Notes under the pieces: model-generated | The model's input: only the letters and a program-made list of their open reading frames with translations | What the model was told of the DNA's origin: nothing | Database searches by the model: none | Translations under genes and position numbers: made by a program | Origin: Okamejei kenojei | Taxonomy: Eukaryota | Reading direction: 5' to 3' | DNA: 64,000 nucleotides | Assembly: GCA_035221665.1 (NCBI GenBank) | Contig: CM069157.1 | Span: 14,632,001 to 14,696,000, forward strand | Part shown: positions 1-14,591 of the stretch, in pieces | How the letters are laid out: every line of letters begins with the position of its first letter | Position numbering within the stretch: position 1 is the stretch's first letter

Positions 1-1498
1 GTGTGTGTTTATAAAAAAAACATTTTGGTCAAATTGGGAACGTTTCTGCCGCACTATCACCACAACCGCAGTATTTATAGATAGGTCAGCGTGAGTGTTT
101 GCAGGAATACAATAATGACAATACCACGATCCACAGATGTCACTTAAAACTCTGCAATAGCGCTATAAGACACAATCACATAATCATACATTTATGTGGC
201 ATTTCCATCGTTCCTGCTAATGGAGTTTCAATTAACACATGGTCTTGCATCGAAAATGGTTTTTTTTAACACTGCACAACATTATTCTGTAATAAATAGT
301 CACCGATGCAATAGAAACGTTAATAATTTGACAATCCAAAAATATATATTTGAACTACACACACAAATAGGTAATACTGGAATATAAAGAGCCTCTGGCC
401 TCTGTGGATTGAATATAATTTATACATTGGCACAAGGACGCCACAACCCCCGATGCTTGTGATACTCCTTCAATGTAGAGAAATGTCCCAAAATGCTTAT
501 AGGAGGTTAATCAAAGTTTGACTCCCCCATATAAAAGGGGGAAAAGTGATGGTGTGGGATTATGTTCATTCTGTTCCAGCGACGCTGCATATCCTGAACC
601 GAATGCCCACAGCCAATATAACATTGGCGGGCAAGACGTCCACAGCAGAATTTCAGCATTTTAAAGATTTGTTAGATTCCTTTAGATTTAAACACGCGTT
701 ACAAATGATTGGAATAAAATGCTGCGCCGTCCCAAGATTAGTCACCAAGCAGTATGTCCCATTAAGTATTATAATCAGAAAGCCATTCTCAACGACGTTA
801 AACATCACCCCAATTGCAATATTCAACGCACGATGCGAGAAAAAAAAGTTGAAATTTGTCCGTGAACAATTTATCGTGGGTGCAGCCAATACAGAAAAAA
901 AAACACGTTCGAAAGTTGCTAACATCTTGAAATAACGAAAGAGAGAAAAAAACATTGCATCTTGTGGCGCCTTTTTATTGAGGTTTACCTCAAAACGTTG
1001 ATGTAGAATTTTCAGATCCATGTTGCAAGTAATTATCGTTTTTGTTTTTTGTTCAATCCGTTAAAATGAAGAGAGACAATACAGGGGACAAGTTACTTAA
1101 CGCATCGCTTTAGAATGCAAAGCTATTCTGGGCTCTTCACTAATGTCGAAAAAATGATCATAATGATGGCCTTCCCTCTAAATGCAATATTAACATTTCA
1201 GGCCATTACACTAAAACCATTAATAGTATTCGAGTGGACGGACAATGAGCTCACGTATTTGAATTTGAAATACTTATAACATTTAAAATTACATAATTAT
1301 GTATAGTCCATAATAAATGACACATACACCTGGCATAACAATGCGCAATTCGCCGCAAATACTGTTAGAATTACATTATCTGCGTTGGTTTGTAATTGGT
1401 GTGAATTTAATTTCATTGTAACTGTATGGATGTCGGCGCTTAGTTGAGTGGGGAAAGTTTCCGATCGGTTGGGGTGTGTGTTTTGGGTGTAGGTTTGA

Positions 1499-1765
<267 letters not shown>

Positions 1766-2125
1766 TAACCTCTTTCTCCTCAACTCTAGTTCACCGCAAT
1801 AGGGAATTATATTCAGTTGCTTTTGTTTTTATCATCAATAGCTTGGCTATTTTCTACCTAGTTTAGAAGATTTAAACCCAGGTGGCAATATTTCATAACA
1901 TAATTTGATTTTATAATATCTATTCTCTGGTTCAAAGATCTGCCTCGACTGAAGGTTTAGAAAAAATATCTCCTAACCACTCATCTTTTAACTCTTCCAA
2001 TTGTCTTCATTGTTTTAATTTGCTTTCTTGAACAAAACAAAAAAAAAAAGTTGACATTAACACATTCACTGATTAAAGCACCTCATGTTTTCGTCACCAT
2101 TGATAACCTTTATAAATTCTCCTAT

Positions 2126-2152
2126 TATATATATATATATATATATATATAT
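2126..2152. repeat. (AT)n microsatellite
   Basis: Uninterrupted tatatata run. Confidence 0.95.
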
Positions 2153-5100
2153 TTAAACACAATTTTCACTACAAACCAAAATATCGCATTCGAATTGACA
2201 TCGATCGTTATTTGACTGTTTTGTCGATCACTGCGTATTTTCTTGGCGGGTTAAATTGATCAGAAACAGTGAGTCGGCCTTTGTTGAGCTTGAGCAGCGC
2301 CAGGACCACTTGCATTTTTCAACTAAACTCGATCACTTTGCCCACTCCCCCGGCAACGTAGTCAGTCGTCTCCTCTTCACCCTCTCCTGGTCTACGCGTT
2401 TTCTGTCTGCTGAACTGACGAAGAAGATTTCCTTCAGCGATCTTGTCTCAACATACGCCGCTGAACTAATTACAGATAACCCAAAGGTTATTGTGCGTTT
2501 AAAGTGCCACGGAAAAGACCACATTGTGGTGGTGAGGTTCAGTTGACCATTCAACAACCCGATTTCCGATTTAAACACAGCCTGTTTAATCCGGGACAGT
2601 TAAAAAAAATGGTTTTATTCAAATATTCTCCATCTCGCTCGATCATCAGTTAAATTAACGGATTGCAACGCGATTTATAAAGTATATCCATATATATTTA
2701 TTCAACACAAATATAGAATTTATATATACAACTCGCCCTACAAAAATATTACAGAGTTGAACCAATTTCAGTGTGATCCAAAATCAATACACAATGGCCA
2801 TTAAAAAATAGCATGTTTATCTTTAACGATTATCAGACAATACCACAAATTGTTGATTTAAAAAAATAACGTTTCCATTTCTTTTGTTCCCCTTGTTAAT
2901 CTTTGCACTTAAAACAGCCAAACACGTCCAATCACACTAACTTATTTGCAGGACCTCAAGCAGTATCTTTTACCTAATGCACACTATCACCGCTGCTGCA
3001 GAGATGTACAAAATATGTCGTTCAGGCATTACGGATTTACTGCCCTTAACGCGCAAAAACTTTTAAAAACATGCCTTTAATTGTCTTTACCCTGTTGCCA
3101 TGCGTATACATGTGAGACGATGATTTTCAGCATGAAGCATGTACAAATGCAAGAAGAATTAAGATTGTTAACAGAAGAAAATTGGCACTGAACTAGAGTC
3201 GTAAATATAGTTCAGAAAGTAATTAAGCAGGAAAAGCAGTATTTTATTAACTGCAAACCACGTTGTTCGGAGAGGTTAGGAACAATGTGCAACCAATAGT
3301 CTTTCATTCTTGCTGGTGAAGATATTTTTATCATACAGTTCTCTGGCAAAAACTGAAGCTGACCTTGCATGTTGCTTTTTAATTACCAGTAACACTTGAC
3401 AATATTCCTGCTGCAATATTCGGCCGTTTATCAGCAAGTCATTCAAAGAATCACTTTGAAATGTGACTGATTACACCATCATTTTATTTTCCCATTCACA
3501 TAATGAGAAACACCTGGTTAAAATTGTATTTTTTTTATAATTGGGGTTTTCATTTTTAACAATTATATTTTAATTCTGGGAACAATGATAGAAAAAGACA
3601 ATTAAAAAATAAATTCATTGCATAATATTCTAAATATGAAAAAAATAACACTATCATTGATCATTGACATTTATTTAACATTTCCTGACAAAATATCAAA
3701 AAATAATTTTAACAACCTTCCCATCTGCTACAGATGGCATGAAATAAAACCATTAACATCATTTTGTTCAAACTATTTGTAACTTATTGATAAAGGCTGC
3801 AATACACCAATGTACGTTAATTGTGGCTGGTCACTTTAAACATGTAGTGGAAATAGGGTTTATTTCACAAAATCTTTAGCCAATTCTGCAAGTCCCACAA
3901 TTGCGCCTGTATTTTTTTATTTTTAAAACAGAACACGATATACTATGGTTTTGCAAACAAGCTTTTTTCTAACGAGCTGGTAAGGATCGGCAGGTGTTAT
4001 TCATCCAATGATTGGGAAACATTATTTTATGCCAAAGTGTATTTTATTTATTTATTTAATTGCTTGTTTGAACAAAATGGGAAACAACTATTCGCTTGGT
4101 TAAAAAAAGCCTTCAGAGAAGACCGTATTATAAACTCATAATCTGCAATTGCTTATCATAAAATTATATACACTAGTCAAGTTTAAATGGACCTGTATAT
4201 TTTCATCAATTAAAATTATTTGTAACGATTCTTAATTTCTTGGCTTGAGAGTAGGTTTCATTTTGCAAAGTACAAATTGATTAAACAAGGCTTTCAGATG
4301 GAAAACAAAATGAAATATTTGTGCTCTGTTCAGCTCTAACAATGAAACAGTCTTGCATTTCTTGAAGTTCCTGTTTGTTTTACATTAAATTCTAAATTAA
4401 GATGATTTTACACATTATATAAACAATTAAAAATTGCACTCATTTAAAATTAGACTCAATTCCACCCACCCAGTATTTTGGCACTGTGGTAAATGTTGGC
4501 ATGTCATTTCTTAGCTCAAGGCTCTGGTATTCTTTTATTACTTTAATAAGGCAATGTTTACAGAGGCCTTACCAGGAGGATCATCCTCTTAGAATAAATC
4601 TATCTCCAGTTTACACAACACTTCAAGCACCACTACAATCTGCTACATTAGCATACACTTTATGGTGACACCTGAAACTTTATAATCATGACAATGAAAA
4701 AATGCCTTTGTGGAACCTATCCTATTTTTTTTAGGTAATAACAAAACTCCTCCAAAATGTTTTTTTTTTAATCTTGAGATAATTACTTGCACACTTTAAT
4801 GAATCATGTTATGTGGGTTTAGGCTGATGATTATATGTGACATATAATGCACTGTAACAAAAATAAAAGCCATCTCTTACCACAAGTTAACACACGCAGA
4901 GTTGCACAGCTGAGTTCAATGCAAGTAAATAAACGGACAAGTGATGATTTCTAGCTGTAACATTGAAAATGGCAACAGATATATGTTATTCTATGAAATC
5001 TGCTAATTAACCAATTTTGAACCACATCACAGGGCAGGATTGAGTACTGAGTCACCAACAATAGAATTAAATGCCCACATGAAAATTTAAATTTGACTAT

Positions 5101-6329
5101 TTAAGAAAATGGTTCCTTTAAACATTAAAATGCAAAGCACCCATATTTTACTTATTTTTCACTTGCTACCTGGTGTGCCTATAAAACTTCTATTTGTCTA
5201 AAGTAGCATTTGGTGTGATGCAAAGCAAGAGAAAGAACATCTGAATGTGGTTAAACAGGAGGCAAGCTGGGCTATTGAAAAGCTGTAATGTGGCCTCACA
5301 CACTACCGATTAAACAAGTGACTACTCATACTCAAATGCTTTAGTAGGCACAGTGAAATTATTTGCTTGCATACACAATGTATACATATTTTATATTACC
5401 AGCATGAAATTTTACTGAATCAGTGTTAAGTTAACTTTGTCCCACTGTTTGGTTACTACTTACTGTTCTTAGCTGCAGTGACAGCTCAGTCATGAGTCTT
5501 TCCAGCATATTGATTATTTAAATTCCAATGTCTATGCTTTTGTCATTACTCATTTAACCCTGTGAGCTTTGCTATAAAAGCTGGGTGAGATTGAGGTCTG
5601 TCTACTCACCCCCAAATACTCTGTTTGGAAAAGTTTGCCTGATTTTCTCTTGCTTTGTATCTTAGGGGTTTATGGTATAATGCCATTTTATTCTCCTAAC
5701 CTATTTGTCAGCTCTCAAAGATCTGCAAAATGATTTCTGATCTATAATAATGCAGATTCTTTGATTAATTATTCCTCCAATTGATAATTCTATTCATATT
5801 TTTTGGAGTCAATGTTCAGTAAAGATGAGGCAGAGAGTTAAATAAAAGGAGTAGTGTTCGAATTATTCATGCGTTTTCAGTATAATCTTAATTCATAAGC
5901 ATATTTAGATTATTCTTTGAGCAAAAATAATCTTCACACTCAAAGATATTAGAACGATATTGTTGATTAATGTGCACCCCTATAGAAAACATGTAGAGTT
6001 CACATCCATCTGCAGTGTATTATACTCTCCTGTTACATTGGTATGAAATCTTTCAAAGGTTTTCTTATGAGGTGAGAATGTCACTGGAAAGGTCAGAATA
6101 TACAGGCAACCCTAATTTCCCTTGAGAAGGTGATAGTGAGCCACCGCGAACCTCTACATTCATCTGGTGAAGATACACACTCGGACCTATAGGGGAGTGG
6201 TAGGATTTTGACCTAGTGAGGATGGCAGGTAAGATATATGGGAAAACAGGAATTACTTCAGGACAACCCTGATCTACAATTAGTTTGATATATAAAATGT
6301 TTCAAACCACAATATAAACTACTTTATGA

Positions 6330-6531
6330 GTAGGAAGGAACTGCAGGTGCTGGTCTACACCGAAGATAGAATCAAAATGCTGAGGTAACTCAGCGGGTCA
6401 GGCAGCATCTCTGGAGAAAAGGAATAGGTGGCGTTTCAGGTCTGAAGAAGGGTCTCATCACCTATTCTCTTTCTCCAAAGATGCTGCCTGCCCAGCCCCA
6501 CTGAGTTACTCCATCATTTTGTGTCTATCTT
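6330..6531. mobile_element. Fold-back Penelope-like (hammerhead-motif) element
   Basis: aggaactgcaggtgctgg...ggcagcatctctggag arm, central gtctgaagaagggtctc, inverted arm ...gagttactccatcattttgtgtctatc. Confidence 0.7.
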
Positions 6532-6631
6532 TAAAAGAGTCATGACTAGAAGATTTACATTTGTTCCTCTGGTTGCTGGGGCCTCCCAGTCATCAATCTT
6601 ACCTGGGTAATGTAATTAATTCTTATCGCTG

Positions 6632-7130
6632 GTTTAGATTTAAGTTTATGTTCATTATCGTCACATATACCGAGGTACAGTGAAAAGCTTTATTTTGCAT
6701 GCTATCCTATCAGACAATATGCTACATAAATACAATCCAGTGAAACTGAAGTACATTATTAGACCAAAGGGAAAGATACAAAGTGCAGAATATAGCTTTC
6801 AGCATTGTAGCACAACAAAATATGTCGGAAGGAACTGCAGATGCTGGTTTACATGGCAGATAAACACAAAATGCTAGGGTAACTCAGTGGGTCAGACAGT
6901 GGGGCATCTCTGGAGTAAAGGAATAGGTGATGTTTTGGCTGGAAACCCTTCTAAGGGTCATCTACCCCATTTCTCCAGAGATGCTGCCTGACCCGTTGAG
7001 TTACTCCGGCATTTTGTGTCTATCTTCATTGTAGTGCAGCAGTTCCAGAGACAAAGTTCACTGTCCACAATGAGGTAGACATTGTACCCCAGCTTAGCGA
7101 AGAAGGGTTCAGAATCCTTATAATATATAA
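6632..7130 (-). mobile_element. Rex1/Babar-like LINE 3' fragment interrupted by a fold-back element
   Basis: Shares ttatcgtcacatataccgaggtacagtgaaaagc and caatgaggtaga with the copy at 46330-46630. Confidence 0.55.
6818..7026. mobile_element. Fold-back Penelope-like element with degenerate ~15-bp TSD
   Basis: Two inverted arms; flanks cattgtagcacaaca (6803-6817) and cattgtagtgcagca (7027-7041). Confidence 0.7.
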
Positions 7131-7755
7131 TATATCCTAGTCCTTCTTTGGACACCCCCGCTAGTGGAAGCACATATTGAGCTAACATTGCTCTGTTTGC
7201 ATCTGTCCTCCCAGTAACAGATTGTGGAGTGGTAGTGATGGCAGGCAAGGGACCAGAGCTCATGTAGCTTCCACCTTATTGATGGGGCAAGAATGACGCA
7301 GCGGAGAACGTCTTTTTGATAAAAGTAATCAATCATTTTGTCCAAAACAAAAATTGAACAGATACAGTTAGTCAGGACACCAGTTAGGACACTGGGGATG
7401 CTTTAGGATAAAAAGCTCCAGAGGTCTATTGCTGATGCAAGGGAGGCGTTTCGGAAGCAACTGCTATGACAATTTCAATACTCCTTAACTCAGTAGAGGT
7501 ATTCCCATAGAGACAAACCGTGGAGCGCATGCTATCCACCCTTAATGTCAGAGGCTGATAAATACAATGGCAAGGTTTATTTCATTATAAACTAGATTTT
7601 TTTTGCTTTTAAAAAAAACAACAGTACATGGTTAGGTTCTGCAGCATCAAGGAAGTTGTTGCCACTCCTCCCCACCCCCTCCCCACCCCCCTCCTAGTCC
7701 TTTTCCTTCCCAGTCTGCAATGTTTGACAAGCCTGGCAGAAACATGGTAAAATAA

Positions 7756-7908
<153 letters not shown>

Positions 7909-8194
7909 TAAATATCAAACACAGAATACATTCATTCAGCATTAATTATCATCTGAGATTGGTGCTTTAATCAGTGGCAATTACTCCTCATGAATAGGTT
8001 TATTCACTGCTTTCAACCTAATTACGGAGTTGTGCAGTACAGTGATATCGATTAGTATATGTTTGCACTGAAAAGTTAAATACATGGTGAAAAGATATCA
8101 TGGAGGCTATTCATGTATGATTAACAACCATTCCAAAGCAGTATTAATTGATTGCAGTATTTAACGGTATGTTCTGCAGAGTAGAGGATTTGAA

Positions 8195-8450
8195 AACTGA
8201 AGGGGAAGCTCAAGGTGAGAGGGAAGAGATTTAAGATTCAACCTTAGGGGCAACTTTTTCTGGAGCAAGCTGCCAGGGGAAGCTAAAGAAATTGAAACAA
8301 TTACAACGTACAAGAGACATTTAGACAGATATATGGAGAGAAAGGGTTTAGAGGGATAGGAGCAGGCAAATGAGACCAGCCCAAAATACCAGCTTGGTCA
8401 GCGTGGACAAGTTGGGCTGAAGGGCTTGTTTCCATGCGGCATAACTCTAA
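8195..8450 (+). mobile_element. CR1/HER1 LINE 3' end
   Basis: aaggtgagagggaagagatttaa...ggcaactttt...gttgggctgaagggcttgtttcc, the same tail as 25810-26890. Confidence 0.75.
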
Positions 8451-9183
8451 CCCATCAATGGCTAACAGGATAAAATTGCAACAGATGAAGTATTATTCAA
8501 TAAATTGAAAAAATATTATTTATGAAAGATATGAACCTATAAATATTTAATAGCTAAAGGAGACTTCCATCTGGAAAAACAATACACCAACCAGTGTGCT
8601 GCACAATTTGTAGTCTTGGCCATGTTGCTGTGGATACTAGTGTTAAGTCGTGGCTGAAATCAGAGCATGCGAGACATGGAATGCACCCCACCACTAGTAT
8701 TCACACTCCAAATATTCAGATCCTTTAGCTGAATAATTTACTTAATTTACTTAACAAATAAGTAATTAGAAGCAAATTAAATGGAAGGTTTTATTTTGCT
8801 TTAGCCAGCTTGCATCTCTGCAAACTATAGTCTTGGAAAAGCCAAGCACTATGCTTATACCATGAGGTCAGGGTTTAGAAGTTGATGTGCATTTCAGGCA
8901 TGGTTCTGTTCCAAGGATGGGATAGAAACAGGTTTTAAATCACACTGCAGGTATGGTAAACCACAGAAATGTTCTACAGCTTCTGTAAGGATATGAACTG
9001 TAGAAACATGTCGTTTATTTGCTAACTGGGCTGTACGCTTCTTTTTATTGATAATTCCCATTAATCAAAGAACCAGGAAGGGATTACTTTGAAGTATTAT
9101 TAGAAACCAAAGGTTACACGGGAATAAACTTCGGTTACACGGGAATAAACTTTGGTTTATTCCCGTGTAACCTCCCCTGGATG

Positions 9184-9494
9184 TAGTTTAGTTTAGTTTA
9201 GAGATACAGTATGGAAACAGGCCCTTCAGCCCTCCAAGTGCGCACCAACCAACGATCCCCACACATTAACACTATCCTACATACAAGGGACAATGTATAA
9301 TTATACCAAGCCAATTAACCTACAAACCTGTACCTCTATGGCGTGTGGGAGGATCTCAGAGAAAACCCATGCAGGTCATGGGGAGAACGTGTAAACTCCG
9401 GAGAGACAGCACCTGTAGTTGGGATTGAACCTGGGTCTCCGGCATTGCATGCGCTGCAAGGCAGCAACTCTACCATTGCACCACCGTGCCACCC
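9184..9494 (-). mobile_element. HE1-type tRNA-derived V-SINE
   Basis: Reverse complement of the consensus seen at 19061-19372, with (tttag)n tail. Confidence 0.85.
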
Positions 9495-9798
9495 GTGGAA
9501 AAGATAGATGTTAGATCACTTTTGAAGTAACATCTTGTTTTGAAGATAACAAATAAATGTGCGACCGTTCCACATTGTGTGAACATTTGCTTTAATGGCA
9601 AACATTTGTAAATTGTCACATTTTAGGTTGGCAGCTATGCACAGGCTAATTTTAAATCAAATTAGAATAAGTAAAATAAAACACCAAAGAAATGTGCATG
9701 GCCCAAACTTTGGCTGCATCGTTCATGAGAGAAACTTGTAAAGAATGAGAAAAATGTTCCATTCATAATTTTTTTTAATGAAACCTGAACATAATGTA

Positions 9799-9898
9799 TC
9801 CGTGTGAAGAAAGGTCCCGACCTGAAATGTCACCCATCCTTTTTCTCCAGAGATGTTGCCTGACCCGCTGAGTTATACCAGCACTCTGTGTCTATCTT
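9799..9898 (+). mobile_element. Single-arm Penelope-like element with hammerhead-like head
   Basis: gtgaagaaaggtcccgacctgaaatgtcacc followed by the conserved arm; flanks ctgaacataatgta and ctgaacaaaagta. Confidence 0.7.
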
Positions 9899-10757
9899 CT
9901 GAACAAAAAGTAATTTGGCAAGGAATAGGATGAAAGCTTAGGAAATGTACATCCCCATATCAACAGAGAGGAGGTTCTGAAGATGATTGGTCTTTGTGAG
10001 TCCTACCGTCATGTGAGATCTATGAAGAGGCTTGTTTTACGGTGCAAAACGATGATAGGAGCTGGCAACCACTGATGGGAATTTCTCTTCGGTTTATTCC
10101 CTTCACTTGTGATGGCAGTGTATAACCTGGAATGTTCACTGCAGGTTCACTCACTGAGATGTGAAGCCTTGACTTAAGGCATCTGATTTAACCCAAGTGA
10201 GTTATTGCTTGGTTCGGCCAAGGAAAATAGCACTCAATCCCCGAAGAATTGAAAAAAAAAGTGAAATTTCCTCTGTTCTATTGTGGAATGTTAGAGAAAT
10301 ACTGAGCGATTTGTTAGGTTGTGCAGGCAGAACAATGCTTTTCCACATATGATCCCACATAAATGACATTGTAACTATTGGGCAGGTGTTCATTCCTGTC
10401 TAATTGCCTCAGAAGATCAACTCTGCAATTAGCATTAATTATTTAACCCAGGATTCCCTATGAATGGGTATATTCAAATAGCAAGATCCCCTCTGCGTGA
10501 CTCTGCGTTCCAGCCATGGAAAAGGAACATGAGAAAACTATCAGACTGTCAGATGTGTATTCGGTGTCCAATGTCAGGATAAGAAAGTTTCATGCTAGGC
10601 CAGGCTACAACTGTGAACAGTACTTTTTAATGATCAGCAGTTTAAAAAAAAGATATCATTGTTTTATAAGATGAAAGGGCATTTGTTGCAGTAGGGAGCT
10701 ATAGGATGTGTTTGAGTCAGTGTTATGGGATAATATTCAATATTAAACATTAAATCA

Positions 10758-11460
10758 TGCAGAAACTGATCCTTCCGCCCAACTCAACCCAAAGTCAACA
10801 CCAACCAAGGTGCCTTCCTGAGTGCCCCACTTACCTGTGTTTAGCCCTATCCATATAAGCCTTTCCTATCCATGTACCTGCTCAAATGTTTTTTAAAATA
10901 TCATAATTGTACATCTCCACCACTTTTTTTGGCAGCTCGTTACAAAGACCCATGATCCTCTTTGTCGAAATAATTGCCACTCAGGCCTCATTTAAATCTT
11001 TCTATCTCTAAAGAAGGCCATAGGCTTCTACTAGACTTCTATAGTGGAAGCCTATGGCCTTTATACCGTCTAGTCCAGTTTTGGATTCCCCATCGTTGGG
11101 AAAAAGATTGTGACTGTCCACCTTATCAAGGTATCTGAAGGAACAAGGAGCTGCAGATGCTGGTTTACACAAAATGACACAAAGTGCTGGAGTAAATCAG
11201 TGGGTCAGGCAGCATCTCTGGAAAACGTAGATAGGTGACGTTTCTTCAGAATGACCTGAAACGTCATCTATCCATGTTCTCCAGAGAAGCTGCCAATCCC
11301 GCTGAGTTACTCAGGCACTTTGTGCCCTTTATCTATGTTTCTCATGATTTTAGAAACCTCTCAGCCCCCTTCGCTCCATGGAAAACGGCCCCAGACTAAT
11401 GAGTCTCCTTATAACTCAGGCCCTTCCAACCCAGCAACATCCTTCTGAATCTTTTCTTGC
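10758..11460 (-). mobile_element. CR1/HER1 LINE 3' fragment with a nested fold-back element (~11140-11327)
   Basis: cctatccatgtacctg...ttaaatcttt...ccaccttatc matches the CR1 tail. Nested palindrome centred on gtttcttcagaatgacctgaaac. Confidence 0.7.
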
Positions 11461-12014
11461 TTCATACAGCAACCAGAAACAATGCAGAAATACTCTTTAA
11501 TTTTCCATTATAAACGCATTAACTCGTAATCTGATGTTTCAGTGTACATTAATTATAGATTTTGATAAAGTGCAGTTATTATGTCAAAAAGTCTGTCTAT
11601 TTACTTTTAATTGAGAAACCTCAGGTGAAAGTCCAAGGCTTATAGCTCAGACATCAAAAGAGTAGGGAAGAAGATGAGAAGTATTGATTCGGTGACACTA
11701 AGATTGTGTTTTAAATGTCTGCAGATTGTTAATGTGAGGAACGACGAAGAAGGTAAGACATATTGCACGTGTGGCTTTAGGATTTGAGTCAAACAGGGAT
11801 TGTTGAAGCCAGTCTCGGCAGATATCGTTTGGCTGCCTGGGACTAAGAATGCTCCAAAAATCCTGAAGACAGTCCCGGCTAGAGTTGCTACACCATCTTG
11901 CCCATGGTCTGTTGCAGGGCCACCACTGACCTTTAGGCCATTTCAGTACGGAGACTATTACCATCATGCCAGCATTGCTGGTGCAGGATGCTCCTAAAGG
12001 TGTGCGTTTCATTT

Positions 12015-12271
12015 TGTTTAGTTTAGTTTAGAGATATGCCACGGAAACTGGCATTTCGGCCCACCAAGTCCGCGCCGACACTATCCTACACACACTAGGG
12101 TCAATTAACCTACAAACCTGCACATCTTTGGTGTGTGAAGGAAACTGGAGCACCCGGAGAAAACCCACGCATGTCGCGGAGAGAACGTACAAACTCCGTA
12201 CAGACAGCACCCGTAGTCAGGATCGAACCCAAGCCTCAGGCATTGTAAGACAGTAGCTCTACCACTGCGCC
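12015..12271 (-). mobile_element. HE1-type V-SINE (internally deleted)
   Basis: tttagtttag tail, cctacaaacctg core, ggatcgaaccc (reverse B box). Confidence 0.85.
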
Positions 12272-12839
12272 TACCACTACCATGTTATGCAGGTCTAACA
12301 CAGTTTTTTCATCTGGTGTTCAGCAGAGTTGCAGGAACTGAGCAGGTAAGATACTTGGTTGGTGTGTGGGATCTACAGGAGAAGTGAGTTTTCCTGCGCT
12401 CTCCAAAGCTCTACTGCCATTTTTCACCTGCAATCAATCCGTTTTAATTTCATTAAGACCTGAGCATCTGAAAACACATGGAGCAAAGATCTCAGCCCAG
12501 ATTTGAAGACCTATAGATGGGAAGGGGGGTGGGGGGGGGGGGGGGGTGCATTGGAATCTACATGTGGTCCAGGTGGACTCCTGTGTTTTAATGCTCCATA
12601 CCATTTCTCCTCCCACTAAACATATTTAAAGTTATTTAGAAAACTGTATTTAGGATAAGGGATTGGAAGGAAAAAATAACTACAGCAGTAGCAGTAAAAT
12701 AGAAAAAATAAATGTAATCTAAATCCAAATCTAAATAGCCTTTCTTTCAATCCTTTTAGAACTCATGATTAAATGGTAAGACCTAAGCACAACGTCCCCG
12801 CACACAGAGTTGTACAGAAACACGTCTCGTTAAACACAC

Positions 12840-13830
12840 AGAACAATGCAGTAGAGAAGGCCCTTCAGCCCACAATATCCATGTTGAACATGATGCCAGA
12901 TTAAACTAATCTCTTTGAGCTGCATGTGATCCATATCCCTCCATTCCCTGCACAGACACGTGCCTATCTAAAATCCACTTAAATGCCCATCACTATTATA
13001 TCTGCATCCACCACCCCCCCTGGCAGCGCATTCCAGGCACCGACCACTCATGTCTTGCACATCTTTTTTAAACTTTGCCCCTCTCATCTTAAAGCTATGC
13101 CCTTTCGTCTTTGACAGTTCCATATTGAGAGAAAGGCTCTGACTGTCAACCTTATCTATGTCACTCGTAATTTTATATACTTCATTCAGGTCTCCAATGC
13201 TCCAAAGAAAACTGTGCAGGTTTGGCCAACTTCTCTTCTTAGCTAATACACTGTAACCGAAGCAGCTTTCTGGTAAACCTCCTCCGCACCTTCTCCAAAG
13301 CCTCCACATCTTTCCTGTAATGGGGTGTCCAGAGCTGCATAGTCTTCTCAAACTGTGGCCTAACTAAAATCTTCTAAAGCTGTAACATTACTTCCTGTCT
13401 CTTATACTCAATGCCCTGACTGATGAAGGCAAGTGTTGTGTACGCCTTCTCTACCACTCTATCTAGTTGTGTTCCCACTTTCAAGGAGCTATACACTTAG
13501 ATGCCGAGATCCCTCTGTACACCAATGCTGTTAAGGGTCTTGCCATTAACTGTGTACTTTCCCCTTATTCTTGACCTCCCAAAGTGCAGCACCTAACAGT
13601 TGCTCAGATTAAACTCCATCTGCCATTTCGCTACCTATTTCTGTAGCAAATCTTTCTCCTGTTGTACACTTTGGCAATCTTTAGCAGCCTTCCTCACTCC
13701 ACCAATGTTGACAGCACTTGCAAACTCACTAACCAACCCATCAACACTGACAGACAATAGAGATCCCAGCACAGATCCCGGCAGAAGTCCACTGGTCATA
13801 GACCTCCGACTAGAATAACGTTCTTCATCA
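12840..13830 (-). mobile_element. CR1 LINE ORF2 3' fragment (degenerate)
   Basis: Minus-strand translations give RT-like GLLPGSVLGSLL...SEFA and KTKGHSFKMRG; CR1 tail present. Confidence 0.8.
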
Positions 13831-14591
13831 AACACGGCAGGATTGCAAGTGTGGAGTCTGTCCTTCAATGAATCGTTATTCATCTATCAATCCTGATTGT
13901 GAATCTCAACTGCATTTGTGCTCACCTGCCATCACATCACATTTGGCTGGTAACTTCCACCCACAGGCTCATCAAAAATGCGCAGCAGGCATTAAACAAA
14001 GCTGAGACTGAACAAAAGATAAACAGAAAACAGTGTACAATGAAAGAAAGCTTGTAGTTTGCCTCTTTCCGGTGATGTATTTCTCCAAGAGTATTCAGTG
14101 GGGAATTCCAGGAGCTTGCCACGGCAATGGTGGAGGAACAGGTTTATTTGGCCAGCTCACCACACTGAGTGTTATTTGTCTGAGTAGTTTAGTTACATGC
14201 TGACAGCTCACTGAGGTACCGTTGGAGCAGTCTATATCTTCTGGACAACTCTGATCCAAGCAGAAGGTGTCTTGTCTAACTGGCTGTCAGGGTTTAAGAG
14301 AACAGATCAATTACTTGCAATTGATTGAGTTAATGCAAGCATTTAATTCCCAGTTCATATGTTTAAAGGTAGACATTATGACAAATAAGTATGGATCAGA
14401 AGTAATCAGTATTTTTAGAGGTATATTAAAGGGAAGTAAATTATTAATGGCTATAATGTCTTTCCTTCTTTATCTGAACAAATGGAGATATACTGTTCTT
14501 AAAAATGAATGCTACAGATTTTAAAATAAATTGAATTTAGAAATGTTGATTAAAAAAAGGTTCACAAAACCAAAGGAGCATTCTATATATA

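Noticed and set aside
546-1021. Overlapping 129-aa and 122-aa ORFs
   Set aside because: No recognisable homology or splice context; intronic position upstream of the Runt exon.
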